A stretch of DNA of 64,000 bases from Rebecca billardiae RCC1528 (lineage: Eukaryota; Protista; Haptophyta), in contig OZ251240.1 in NCBI GenBank assembly GCA_965240325.2, forward strand, positions 1,426,001-1,490,000. Reading direction: 5' to 3'. The position numbers were made by a program, and so were the translations under genes. How positions within the stretch are numbered: position 1 is the first letter of the stretch; the number at the start of each line of letters is the position of its first letter. Below the pieces are notes generated by a model. The model searched no databases, was not told where the DNA came from, and worked only from the letters and a program-made list of their open reading frames with translations. Positions 25,224-36,057 of this stretch are shown here, one piece after another.

Positions 25224-25945
25224 TATTGGGTAAACGCGAGCTCCGAGCGTCTCGAGCCCTGCTAAGAGCTCACCGGCACGTCCTCGGGCGCGTCGTCGGT
25301 GACGCCCACGAAGGCAATCTCGACCCTCGCTCCTCTGACGAGCGAAGCTAATCCTCCTGCCGCAACCAACTTTCGGTTGCGCAGGGTGACACGGCGTTTT
25401 GCGGCCCGGCTCGGGAATCTTGTAACCTTCCTGAGCCCCGCTTCCGTGCGTCCGCCAATCGCAGGCGTTACCGACGCACCGCCGTAAGCTCATCTTTCCC
25501 CCAGGTACTCGGTAATGTCATCGGACCTGGGTAAGCTGCGCACGGACCCATGATCCCGGATTCTCGATTCTCAAAACTGAGAATCCGGGCGTCCATGAAT
25601 GAAGTGATCGAGTCCGTTGTTCCTTGGACTCTTCCACGATGGCGCCCGCCTGTGCCGCCGGCGTGCCATCCGTGCCGCGCTGCGCCGGGCCGTACCGCCC
25701 GTGCACGCGCCGCGTCCGTGTCGCTCCGCGTCCGCGCTGCCGCGTCCGCGCTCCGCGTCCACGTCGCTCCGCGCCAGCGCTGCTGCGCTCGCGCTCCTGC
25801 CGCCGCGCGCGCCGCGCGCGCGCGCCGCCAGAGCCAGCCACTGCGTAGCTGATGCCGCCGGCCCGCCTGGTGCGGCGCCGGCCCTGACGTCCCAGCGGCG
25901 ACGCCATCTGCTGAGATGCGCGCCCCAGGCTGCGTCAGCTCAACA
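25224..25945 (-). repeat. 3' LTR (722 bp), TGTTG...CAATA, lacks ~335 bp present in the 5' LTR
   Basis: Nearly identical to 31907-32972 except for 32303-32637 and a few small differences. Confidence 0.95.
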
Positions 25946-25981
25946 CCCCCCCTCGACAGCCATAGCCGCGAGCTGCGCCGC

Positions 25982-28900
25982 TTACCGCGCGCGCGTCGGG
26001 TGTCGGTCCACCATGATGGCGTCGACGTGCCGCTTGAACGTCGCACCGTCCGTCGCCTTCGTCATGATGTCAGAGTGGTTGAGTGAGGTGTGTACCTTGA
26101 CCACCTTTACCTTGCCACCCTCCTGCGCGTCACGCACATAGTGATGCTTGATCTCGATGTGCTTCGAGCGCTTGTGGTGCACAGGATTCTCCACGAGGTC
26201 GATAGCCCCCTTGTTGTCCTCTCGCACCTCCGTCGCGTCCCGCGGCGGCTGCCGCATGGACTCGAGTATGCTCCGCAAGTAGCTCACCTCGCGGCAGCAA
26301 TCGCTCAGCGCGACGTACTCCGCCTCCGTCGAGCTCAGCGAGACTGTACCTTGCAGCCCGCTGTGCCACGACACCGGCGCCCCATTGTAGAACACAATGT
26401 ATCCACCCGTCGACCTGCCCTTGGTCTCCACCGGATTGCTTGCCCAATCGGAGTCAGCGAAAGCAAGTAGGTCGGGGTGCTCGGAATCTGTCGCAAACTT
26501 GAACAAGATTCCCAATCGCGGGCATCCACGTAAGTAGCGCAGCACGCGCTTCGCACTTACCAGATCCACCGCCCGCGGACATGACATGCGTCGCATCAGC
26601 ATGTTCACCGCGTGCGCGATGTCCGGCCGCGCCGTGACCATCGCAAACATGAGACATCCCACCATCGCCTGGTAGTTCTCAATCTCTGCGCGCTGCAGCA
26701 ACGCCTCGTCGTCGTCGCTCAGCTGCGCCCGCGCCGCCGGCTCCGGCGTGCGCGCCGGCGTGCTTGCGTTCAAACCGAACCGCTGAAGCACGCTCTCGAC
26801 GTACGGCCCCAGATGCATCAGGATGCCGTCGTCATGAACTTCAAACACGGCGCCCAGGAACTTATCGAGCCGCTCACTCAGCTTGATCTCGTAATGCTCC
26901 TTCAGGTCAGCCGCCAGCTTCTCCACCGCGCGCGCGTCGCGCGTCAGGTTGAGAAACAGCAAGTCGTCGACAAAGCCGCCCGCGATGATGAACTCGCCCG
27001 GCGCCGACTCCTTGACGTAGATGCACGGCGCACTCGGACACTCCGAGAAGCCGCGCGCGAGCAGCTGGGTGCGGTGTGTGCGATGCCACGCGCGCCCAGA
27101 CTGGCGTAGGCCCGGATACGCCTTCAGGCTCCTGCCCACGACTTTGTACCCCGGCGGCGCCTGCGTGCTCTGCACGTAGCCCGGCGGGAATGAGAAGAGA
27201 GGCCGCTCATCCGGCTTCAACTCCGAGTTGAGGTACGCGTCCTTGACGTCGCCCTTCGACAGTATGCCCAGCGCCGCAACCGACGCTGCACCCAAGTCGA
27301 CTCTCGCGCCCGCCTGCTGAGCGGCGATCGCCACGAGTAGTCGCACTTGTTCCGGCCGGATCGTCGGAGCAAAGACCTCCTGAAAGTCGATCCCCGGCCG
27401 CTGTAGGTTCCCCAGTAGCACCGACCGCGCCTTGAAGCGCGTCACCTCGCCCTCCGGGTTCGACTTCACGTCAAAGACCCACTGGCTCGGCAACACCCGC
27501 GTGCCCTCCGGAACCACCACCTCCTCCGAGGTGCCGAGCAACTTGTGACCTTCCAAGTGCTCGAGCATGGCGCCCTGCCACTGGGGCGCCTCCGCCGACC
27601 GCATCGCCTCGCGATAGTTCGTCGGCACCTTCACGTTGATCTTCTGGAACACCGACGCGGCGCTGACGACGGCAGTAAGCAGCTGCGGCCGTCGGCGCGA
27701 CGTCCGATCCCTGCGAAGCGGATCGTGTCCCATATCCAGGCCGGGCGGCGGCGCGTCCTCGATCACGCCGTCGTCACCGTCTGCGCCGCGCGGCGGCCCG
27801 CCAGCATCTGCTGCGGCCCCGCGCCGTGATTCCGTCGGCGGTATCTGATCCTGCCGACCCGGCTGCGTCATCGACGCGCCTGCCCCGCCACGCCCGCCCT
27901 GCGGCGTCGGCGTCGACGGCTGTGCGCCCGCGCTGCTGCACCCGCGTTGTCCCGCGTCCACGCTGCTGCGCCCGCGCCCCGACGTTGACGCATCTGCGTC
28001 GTCGTCGTACCCGACGTCGAACTCTGTCGCGTCGTCATTCCCGGCGTCGGCTGGCGTCTCGCCGCCATCGCCGTCCTCGTCCTCACCGTCGGCGTCACCG
28101 CCGACTGGACGATGTCCGCCGCTTACCGCGGCGCCGTCACCATCACCCACGTACGCGCCACCGTCAGGTGCGCCAAGCGACGAGTGCCCCCCCTCGACCA
28201 GGTCGGTCTCGTCGATGCGTACGTCACGTGAGTGAACGAGACGTCCGTCGTCTAAACGACATACGTACCCAAGCACGTAGCGCCATGTACCGCGCCACTG
28301 CACGCCGTGCCCACCCCAGAGATAGACACGTCCGGGTAGTGCGCGCTGCTTCAGCTGCCCCAATGCATTGCGCCGTGCGCCCAGCATCAGCACGCGGCAG
28401 CGCGCGCCAAACGCCACGTGATGCTTCCACGTCGGACGTTTGCCAAAGAACAGCTCATCCGGCGTGAGCCACTCAATGTCTCCATCGTCACGAACGATAC
28501 CACGTGACGCCAGTCGATTGCGCGACGCGCATGCGTGCCACGCCGCGTAGTGCCAATCGACCCTCGAGACTCCACGCGCAACGACCGTGGCGCGCAGTCT
28601 CGACTTCAGCGTGCGGATAGCGCGTTCCGCCACGCCATTCGAGCTCGGCGAGTCGGGCGCCGACGTGACCGTCGACGAGAACCCAAGCTTCGCCAGCTCA
28701 CCCTCGACGTACGTACTCAGTAACGTCGAGCCACCGTCGGTGTGAATATGACGTCGCGCCATAGTACACCCCGACGCCAGGACCCAATGCGACATGTGCA
28801 TGGCCCCTGTTCCAAGCAACTGCGCGTACCAGCGGAATGCCCGACCAACCTCGGCGTCATCCAAGCTGCGTAGCGCGTACACTTGCCATCGACGTGAATG

Positions 28901-29296
28901 CCCATCGATGAATATGATCCCATGAGGATACCCTCCACGTGCGCCATCGGCCCCAACTGGTAAGTCGATGCGCGCCATAGAGAAGATGTCGACGTGCGTC
29001 ACCTGCCCAGGGTAGTGCGCCGTCGGCATCGCGTCCGCGAACGACCGCCGCGTCATGCCCGCCGCCGACTGCTCGTCAAGCGGCTCACGCCGCGCGTTCG
29101 CCCCCTCCATCCCCTCGGCCACGCGTCGCGTGCGCTCGAGTAGACGTTGGTCATTGGTGCCCGTTCGAACCGACCAAGTGCGTAACCACGCCGGATCAGC
29201 GCCTCGCGCCGCCTCCGTAGTAGTAGTGGTATCAGATACCGTAGTGGTTGTGTTTGTGGCTCGCACCTGCGCGGGTTCCGGGCTTAGGCGTTTGGG
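25982..29296 (-). CDS. pol: copia Pol: integrase, reverse transcriptase, RNase H; probably reached by -1 frameshift
   Basis: IN: THVDIF, HTDGG, NGVAERAIR. RT: RFKARSV, GDVKDAYLN, GLRQSGRAW, FVDDLL. RH: FADSDWA, TEAEYVA, EDNKGA, KRSKHIEIKHHYVR. Confidence 0.93.
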   Translation of the reverse strand, partial: PKRLSPEPAQVRATNTTTTVSDTTTTTEAARGADPAWLRTWSVRTGTNDQRLLERTRRVAEGMEGANARREPLDEQSAAGMTRRSFADAMPTAHYPGQVTHVDIFSMARIDLPVGADGARGGYPHGIIFIDGHSRRWQVYALRSLDDAEVGRAFRWYAQLLGTGAMHMSHWVLASGCTMARRHIHTDGGSTLLSTYVEGELAKLGFSSTVTSAPDSPSSNGVAERAIRTLKSRLRATVVARGVSRVDWHYAAWHACASRNRLASRGIVRDDGDIEWLTPDELFFGKRPTWKHHVAFGARCRVLMLGARRNALGQLKQRALPGRVYLWGGHGVQWRGTWRYVLGYVCRLDDGRLVHSRDVRIDETDLVEGGHSSLGAPDGGAYVGDGDGAAVSGGHRPVGGDADGEDEDGDGGETPADAGNDDATEFDVGYDDDADASTSGRGRSSVDAGQRGCSSAGAQPSTPTPQGGRGGAGASMTQPGRQDQIPPTESRRGAAADAGGPPRGADGDDGVIEDAPPPGLDMGHDPLRRDRTSRRRPQLLTAVVSAASVFQKINVKVPTNYREAMRSAEAPQWQGAMLEHLEGHKLLGTSEEVVVPEGTRVLPSQWVFDVKSNPEGEVTRFKARSVLLGNLQRPGIDFQEVFAPTIRPEQVRLLVAIAAQQAGARVDLGAASVAALGILSKGDVKDAYLNSELKPDERPLFSFPPGYVQSTQAPPGYKVVGRSLKAYPGLRQSGRAWHRTHRTQLLARGFSECPSAPCIYVKESAPGEFIIAGGFVDDLLFLNLTRDARAVEKLAADLKEHYEIKLSERLDKFLGAVFEVHDDGILMHLGPYVESVLQRFGLNASTPARTPEPAARAQLSDDDEALLQRAEIENYQAMVGCLMFAMVTARPDIAHAVNMLMRRMSCPRAVDLVSAKRVLRYLRGCPRLGILFKFATDSEHPDLLAFADSDWASNPVETKGRSTGGYIVFYNGAPVSWHSGLQGTVSLSSTEAEYVALSDCCREVSYLRSILESMRQPPRDATEVREDNKGAIDLVENPVHHKRSKHIEIKHHYVRDAQEGGKVKVVKVHTSLNHSDIMTKATDGATFKRHVDAIMVDRHPTRAR

Positions 29297-31848
29297 GGCG
29301 GCGCAGCGCCAACGCGCCCCCGCCCCGCGCCCACGCGCCGCACTGGCGCCCTGCGCCGTGCGCGCGCCTCCGCCGGCGCATCGCCGACGTCCGGCCCCAC
29401 CTGGCGCCGTACGATCTCGGCGCGCAGCGTGGAATCGCGCGGCAGCTGCACGACGCCGCCTCCCAGCGCCGTAAAGTCCGCAGTGTTGCCGCGCTGCGAG
29501 TAGTGGAACTCGATGCCTGCGTCCGCGCAGTGCTCGACCGACAGCAGCGGCGCCGTGACGCGCCGCGACGCCCACGCCTCGATCTCGAGCGTGAGGACCT
29601 TGTCGCTGTCGTCGTCCGCCGCAAGCTTGACCACCAGGGTCCCGCGGTGAGTGACCCGCTCCCGCGCACCGTTCCCCCACTCGATCTGACATGCGCCGTC
29701 CACCGGGGTAAGATTCGTCAAATCCTCGGCCATGGCGATGTTCTTCCGTGCGCCAGTGTCAAACACCAACGCCCGCGTGTTGTCCTCCGGCGGCGCCACG
29801 CGTGCCTCGGCCGCCCGCGCCGCGACGATCTCGATGTCCTCGTCGCGCTGCGCTCTGCCGCCGATAGCCGCGCCAATAGGCGCCAAGCCGAGTCTGGCGC
29901 CGGCGCCGCCGCCGTCTCCGGCGTCAGCGTCACCGTCGCCACCAACGGCGCCGTCTGGCTCGTCCCCCTGCTCGGGAGCGAACGCGACCTGCGTGCGGAC
30001 CGTGCCGCCGCCGTTGCCATTACCGACCACGGCGCGGGTGCTGCCCCCGCCACCGCCGCCGCCACCGCCACCGCCGCTCCGATGTGAGCCACGGCTGCGA
30101 TCCGACCGCGTCGACGCCGCGTCATCGCCAGCGTTCGAGTCGCGATCAGCCTGCGTCACCTGCGGGCAGTAACGCTTGATATGCCCCACGGCGCCGCACT
30201 TGTAGCAGCGCGGCCCGTGCGCGTCGTCGGAGTCGTCCTGGCCTCCGCGGCCGGCGCCGCGGCCAGTGCCGCCGCCGCCACCGCCACGACCTCCGCCGCC
30301 GCCACCACGGCCAGCCGGCGACGTCGTGTCGCCGCCGCCGCCACCCGCCGACGCCGCCGCCGCCTGCGCCAGGCGGAGCCCGTCGATTGGGTGCGCGCGG
30401 GTAGCGCCGCCGCCTCCTGGCGTGCGGCCACCCGCCCCTGGGCGCCCAGGGCCGCCGCGGTCAACCCGCTTGCCCTTGGAGAAGTCCCAGTCCTCGAACT
30501 TGCCGTTGAGCTCGTGCACGAGCTCCTGCACGTCGAAGTTCGTCACGGTCCTGTAGTCCTTCGACTCGTACCGCGTCCGCATCTCGATGCCCGCGCCCAC
30601 CGACGGAATGAACTCGATGAGCCGCGCAAGCATCTCCGCCGCTGGCGCTGCGTCACTCAGCTCCTGCAGCAGCACGTGGTTGTGCTGTAGCACCTGGAAG
30701 AGCTCGAGGGCGCCGACGCCGTCCTTGCCGCAGTCCGGCAGGACCGTCCGATGCCAGCGTGCCCGCACCGACATGTACTTCCGCATGTCGTCGGGCTTGC
30801 GCATGCGCAGGATCGTCTTCCACAGGTACAGAAACTCGCGCCCCGGCGTAAGTGCGCCCCGGCGCGCGCGCTCCTCCTGCACCTCCGGCTGCGTCTCCAT
30901 GAGGCGGTTGATGTGCTGCCACGCAGCCTCCGTCACCCACGACCGCAGCTCGGTGCGTAAGAAAGCCGTCCCTTTCTCGTACTGCGCCCCGGCGTACTTG
31001 GCGGGGTCCGCCTCGTCGCCGTCCGGCGCTGCCTCCAACACGCTCTGTCGGAGCTTGATGTCCAGCATAGCATGCTCGCTCGCCTGCCGCTCATACATCT
31101 GTTCCTCGGTCTCGCGCTCGCGGCGGTAGAGCTCGCGCGCGCGCGGATCGAGCGTCACGGCAGCGCCGCCCGCGGGCGCCGCGCCACCGATCCCGCCGGC
31201 GCCGCCCGTAGGCGCCGCGCCGACGCCGGCGCCGCCCGCAGGCGTCGCGCCGTCAGTCCCAGCCGGCGCATCTGCAGCGCCGCCTGTGCCCACACCCGGA
31301 CTGGGTGTGCCGGCCGCCGGACCCGGAGAAATTCCGGATCCGCCGCCCGCCGCCGGACCTGAACCCGGTCCGGTCGCAGTCGGGCCACCCGGAGTGGCTA
31401 AACCACTCCCCGCGCCCGCCGAGGCAGCCTGCGCGTAGCTTGGCGCCTGCCTCGCCCCCGCCGCCGCCGCCGCCGCGCGTTCCGCCGCGGCCCGGCGCTC
31501 GGCGTGCTCGCGGCGCTCGTGCTCGTGGCGATGGTCGAGCAGCCGCTGCTGCAGCGCGTAGTTCTCACGCGCCAGGTCCATCCGCTCGGCACTGACCTTG
31601 ATCATCTTCGCCGCGGATGGGTTGAAAGTTGCCCACGTCGAGTTGTACTCCTCGAGCGTGTTGATGCGGTGCTCCGCGTTCGGGCCGTGCGTCACGATGA
31701 TGCCGTTCAGTGCGGACATCGTAGCACCTTGCCCCGCCGGAAGCGCCGCCAGCCTGCTCACCGATTGCGCGAGCCAGCGCTGCTGATTGCCCTTGTCGTT
31801 GAGCATCCCCACGTCGACCGAGCCGTGCATCCGGCCGCTCGTGCCCAT
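29284..31848 (-). CDS. gag: copia Gag-protease
   Basis: Zinc knuckle CYKCGAVGHIKRYC; aspartic protease LVFDTGARKNI...IEWGNG...PLLSV. Confidence 0.9.
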   Translation of the reverse strand: MGTSGRMHGSVDVGMLNDKGNQQRWLAQSVSRLAALPAGQGATMSALNGIIVTHGPNAEHRINTLEEYNSTWATFNPSAAKMIKVSAERMDLARENYALQQRLLDHRHEHERREHAERRAAAERAAAAAAGARQAPSYAQAASAGAGSGLATPGGPTATGPGSGPAAGGGSGISPGPAAGTPSPGVGTGGAADAPAGTDGATPAGGAGVGAAPTGGAGGIGGAAPAGGAAVTLDPRARELYRRERETEEQMYERQASEHAMLDIKLRQSVLEAAPDGDEADPAKYAGAQYEKGTAFLRTELRSWVTEAAWQHINRLMETQPEVQEERARRGALTPGREFLYLWKTILRMRKPDDMRKYMSVRARWHRTVLPDCGKDGVGALELFQVLQHNHVLLQELSDAAPAAEMLARLIEFIPSVGAGIEMRTRYESKDYRTVTNFDVQELVHELNGKFEDWDFSKGKRVDRGGPGRPGAGGRTPGGGGATRAHPIDGLRLAQAAAASAGGGGGDTTSPAGRGGGGGGRGGGGGGTGRGAGRGGQDDSDDAHGPRCYKCGAVGHIKRYCPQVTQADRDSNAGDDAASTRSDRSRGSHRSGGGGGGGGGGGSTRAVVGNGNGGGTVRTQVAFAPEQGDEPDGAVGGDGDADAGDGGGAGARLGLAPIGAAIGGRAQRDEDIEIVAARAAEARVAPPEDNTRALVFDTGARKNIAMAEDLTNLTPVDGACQIEWGNGARERVTHRGTLVVKLAADDDSDKVLTLEIEAWASRRVTAPLLSVEHCADAGIEFHYSQRGNTADFTALGGGVVQLPRDSTLRAEIVRRQVGPDVGDAPAEARARRRAPVRRVGAGRGRVGAAPPPNA

Positions 31849-31906
31849 CGGCGCGATCGATGAGAAAGCGCCGCGCGTACGATCCCTCCCGATATCGCTG
31901 CATGCA

Positions 31907-32972
31907 TATTGGGTAAACGCGAGCTCCGAGCGTCTCGAGCCCTGCTAAGAGCTCACCGGCACGTCCTCGGGCGCGTCGTCGGTGACGCCCACGAAGGCAA
32001 TCTCGACCCTCGCTCCTCTGAGTGACTGACGAGCGAAGCTAATCCTCCTGCCGCAACCAACTTTCGGTTGCGCAGGGTGACACGGCGTTTTGCGGCCCGG
32101 CTCGGGAATCTTGTAACCTTCCTGAGCCCCGCTTCCGTGCGTCCGCCAATCGCAGGCGTTACCGACGCACCGCCGTAAGCTCATCTTTCCCCCAGGTACT
32201 CGGTAATGTCATCGGACCTGGGTAAGCTGCGCACGGACCCATGATCCCGGATTCTCGATTCTCAAAACTGAGAATCCGGGCGTCCATGAATGAAGTGATC
32301 GACATCACCCACCAGCTGCTGACCAAGAACAGGCTACACCATCGTCCACCATGACCTGCCACTGACCAAGTAGGCGACGACATCATCCGCACCAGCTGCT
32401 GACCAAGTAGGGGACGGCCTGGCCGACGCCAACATGCTCACTCGCCTTTGATTTCGTACCCATGCACTTCCTGGTGGGCCTGACGACGTCCGGACGACGA
32501 CAACAACGACATCCGCCATGGGGACCAACATCAGGCGCGCTCACACCACTGCCACTGCTGCAAGCTTCGACCAGTACCACTACAGACGAATCAGGAGAGC
32601 TGCGCCCTCGTGCCTGTGTCTTTAAATCATAGAATTAGTCCGTTGTTCCTTGGTCTCTTCCACGATGGCGCCCGCCTGTGCCGCCGGCGTGCCATCCGTG
32701 CCGCGCTGCGCCGGGCCGTACCGCCCGTGCACGCGCCGCGTCCGTGTCGCTCCGCGTCCGCGCTGCCGCGTCCGCGCTCCGCGTCCACGTCGCTCCGCGC
32801 CAGCGCTGCTGCGCTCGCGCTCCTGCCGCCGCGCGCGCCGCGCGCGCGCGCCGCCAGAGCCAGGCCACTGCGTAGCTGATGCCGCCGGCCCGCCTGGTGC
32901 GGCGCCGGCCCTGACGTCCCAGCGGCGACGCCATCTGCTGAGATGCGCGCCCCAGGCTGCGTCAGCTCAACA
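31907..32972 (-). repeat. 5' LTR (1066 bp)
   Basis: Direct repeat of 25224-25945, abutting the TSD. Confidence 0.95.
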
Positions 32973-34472
32973 TTGCCGTTTTCGAGCTTGAACATAGTCT
33001 GCTCAGAAATATTGCCCTTTCCATAACTATGTGTCAGTTGTATTGCCGCCAGCAGCTCATGGCTGGGGCACAACTCGCACTCAGACAAGAGACTCGCGCA
33101 GCCCGTGTGCGCGTGCGTGCAGAGCTGCGACTGCTGCCTGCGCGCGGCATGCAGGATACGCGACAGCAACCAACCGACATGCCATCATCATGCGGCCTGC
33201 GTAGCTCATCTTGACTTCCAGTAGCAGTCGGCGCTTCCCGTCGCCGTCGCGCTTGCCGCCCGCCGGCGGCCGGCCGCCAGCGCCATCGGGACTGCTGCTA
33301 CTTCAGCGGCCACGTGAGCCGTATCGCGTCCCATGCCGCTGCACGCGCCGCCTCAAGCTGCGACCGCGCTCGCCAAGCCTGCCACTCGGGTTCCAGCAGC
33401 AGCAGGAAGCGTCGCCTGCCCCTCCTGCTTGCTGGCTCGTCGAGGCGCGCGCGGCGCACCGCCCGCCGGTCGGTGCGTTGTGTCCCAGCTGGCAGTACGC
33501 CTTGGACTTCCTCCTCCACGGGCCAATCAGCCTGCGTTGACGAGTGCGACTGGCACACGGTCAGCCACCTGCACACGATTGGCCACAAGGCAGTCTGCTG
33601 TTGGAGTGATGACAATCGCAAAAAGGCACGCGCCAGCAGTGTTGCACGAGCGAGAGCGACGCGCGTTGGTTGATCGCCACGGTGTGAATGACAGTCGATG
33701 GCAGGCAGTGAGGGGGACGCGCGTCGCGTTGGTCAAGCTCCTTGAGGCCGTTGAAGAGCACACGCCCGTCGTGCACGTTCGACTCCCGCGAATCGGGGTG
33801 CAGCAACACATGCTCACCCTGCTTCACGCATGCACCTGCATGCGCTGCCGTCGCAATGTCATCGACTGCGCGCTTGACGGTCCCGGAGTCGAAGTGAGCA
33901 CGGAGCAACGCCGATTCGATAGAAGTCGCGACGGATTCTCGCCCGTCTCCGCGTAGACGGCGAGTAGCCCGAGGTGCACGCACGTGTTGCACTGCGCGCG
34001 CATGCGGCAGCGTTTGTGCAGATTCCGGTCCACGGTTCAGCTCGTCGTTCGGCTTGATGATGTCGAGGAACACGGCGCTACCCCGGCAGAGATCGTCGTC
34101 GTTGAACGCCACTCTTCTGGCCTGGGATCAGCTAGGCCTGCTCAAGGGCACGCCGCGCACGCCGGCGGCGCGTGGGCGCCAGCGCCATCATCAGCGCGTG
34201 GGCGATCGCGGCAACAAACCTGAATCAAAGATGATGCGCAAACGGCAACACAACTGACCCACACTACGCGACGGCAATACAGCTGGACAAAGTATTGGGC
34301 CATCATCCACGGCAATACACCTGACACAAGTATTCGACGTTGGCAACAAGATTGACACGTGATTCCCAAACATGGAAAACGGCAATACAACTGACCACGG
34401 TAGTCAAAACGTGCGTTTGGCAATACACCTGACCACACTTTCCAAAACTCGGCAATACAACTGACATTATCT

Positions 34473-34598
<126 letters not shown>

Positions 34599-35144
34599 TA
34601 ACTTATATATATACCGCCTGTATACCGGCGCAGCTGGCGGGCCCGGGCCGGCGCGCGGACCGCGTGGCGCGTCCGCTGCAGTACGGCGCTGCGGCGCTCA
34701 CTGGCACTACTAACTTACCGCTAGCGGCGCGGGCGGCGGGCGCGCGGACTCCCGCGGACCTGCCCGGTGGCCGCCCCCGGTCCGGGGCCGCGGCGGGCCG
34801 GCGGCGCGGCCGCCGCTGGGCCGCGCCGCCGGCTCGTCTCTTACTCTCTATCTGGGTGATCTGATGCCGATGGCTATATATATACACAATAACTGCTTAT
34901 AGACTCTTCGGTCTCGGAAGCAGCACGCGGGACTCACTAGTCACGGAGCCCGTACTCAGTGGTCGGCCCGTACTGAGCCGAGGCCGTCAGGGCGTCAGTG
35001 CTGGTGCATCCCGGCCCCGGGCTTTCTCGGACTACTGGAGCAGCAAGTGCGACGACCATTGCTCGCGTCGTCTCTCTCGTCTCCAATCCACAGCATGCGG
35101 ACGTACGCCATCATAGCTTAGGCATGCACGATGCCGTGGCAGTC

Positions 35145-35957
35145 TCAGACGGCCACTCCGCCTGCTGGGCGTACGTGCTGTTTGTTCGGGCAGCAGCAGC
35201 CCGAGACGAGCACCGCCATGGCCCTCTGGTAGACCAGCTGCAAGGGCGATACGCTGGGCCCCGGGGTCTGGCCAGCGAATGCAGCCTCCGCGGCACTGCG
35301 GAATGCACGCGCTTCCGCGTTGTCCGCGTCGAGCGCGGCGCGCCGCGGCTCTGCCTCCACAGGCGCACGCCACATGGATCGTGGCACGCCCACATCGAGC
35401 CATCGTTGCTCGCCACCGGCAGCGTGGTCGGCGGCGGGCGCTGCGAGCAGTACGACCTCGATGGCGTCTTCGATGCCCAAGAGCTTCACGTGTAGGCTGG
35501 CGTGCCCGCTCGTCGCTTTGCACAGCACCGCCTCGTCCATCGTCGGGCAGCCGTCCGCGGCACTGAATTCGAACGCGCCCTGGAAGAGCTCTGGGGCGCC
35601 AAAGTCGGTCACGCCCGCGCGGAAGTAGTGCACGCACGCCAGCGCACCCGCAGGAGCACGCTCGAGTAGAGCGCGCAGAGCAGTGGCTACGTTGCCGAGA
35701 GCGAACTCGGCGAAAGGCGCGGGCGTGTACGCAGCACGCAAGTTCCGCGGCTTGACGCGCAGCCTGTCGCGTTTGCCGCCGTCGAGCTCGACGGGGACAC
35801 GCGCCTCCTCGGCTGATTCCGCGGGCGTAGGAGCCGCACTTGGCTGAGCCTGCGCGCGAGACCCCAGCACGCGCGCGAGCTGGCCGTTGTAGTGGGGCTG
35901 CGACTGCAGGCCCTCGATGTAGACGAGCTGCCCGGCCGTGAACGTCGTCGTCGCCAT
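35145..35957 (-). CDS. Hypothetical protein with N-terminal SH3/KOW-like module
   Basis: GQLVYIEGLQSQPHYNGQLARV...RVPVEL...RLRVKPRNL, a module I recognise from algal proteins. Confidence 0.65.
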   Translation of the reverse strand: MATTTFTAGQLVYIEGLQSQPHYNGQLARVLGSRAQAQPSAAPTPAESAEEARVPVELDGGKRDRLRVKPRNLRAAYTPAPFAEFALGNVATALRALLERAPAGALACVHYFRAGVTDFGAPELFQGAFEFSAADGCPTMDEAVLCKATSGHASLHVKLLGIEDAIEVVLLAAPAADHAAGGEQRWLDVGVPRSMWRAPVEAEPRRAALDADNAEARAFRSAAEAAFAGQTPGPSVSPLQLVYQRAMAVLVSGCCCPNKQHVRPAGGVAV

Positions 35958-36057
35958 CAGCCCTCCCTCTCGCGTGGCATGCGCCTGGAATTCGGTGTTC
36001 GCAGCGGTGGGCAGCCTCCAGCAAATGCGGACCCGTTGGTCGCCGGAAGTGGAAGCG

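Larger units (their letters stand above)
25224..32972 (-). mobile_element. Ty1/copia LTR retrotransposon, full length
   Basis: TTGCC TSD at 25219-23 and 32973-77; two LTRs; PPT at 25946-25955; domain order gag-PR-IN-RT-RH. Confidence 0.97.

Noticed and set aside
29297-29692. 5' extension of pol ORF 25982..29692 as an independent start
   Set aside because: It overlaps the protease in another frame, starts at GTG and has no conserved content.
34240-34466. CRISPR-like 15-bp repeats with unique spacers (also 24496-25223, 33002-33047)
   Set aside because: Repeats are short and degenerate, mirrored at both ends of a transposon, with no cas genes in a eukaryotic context.
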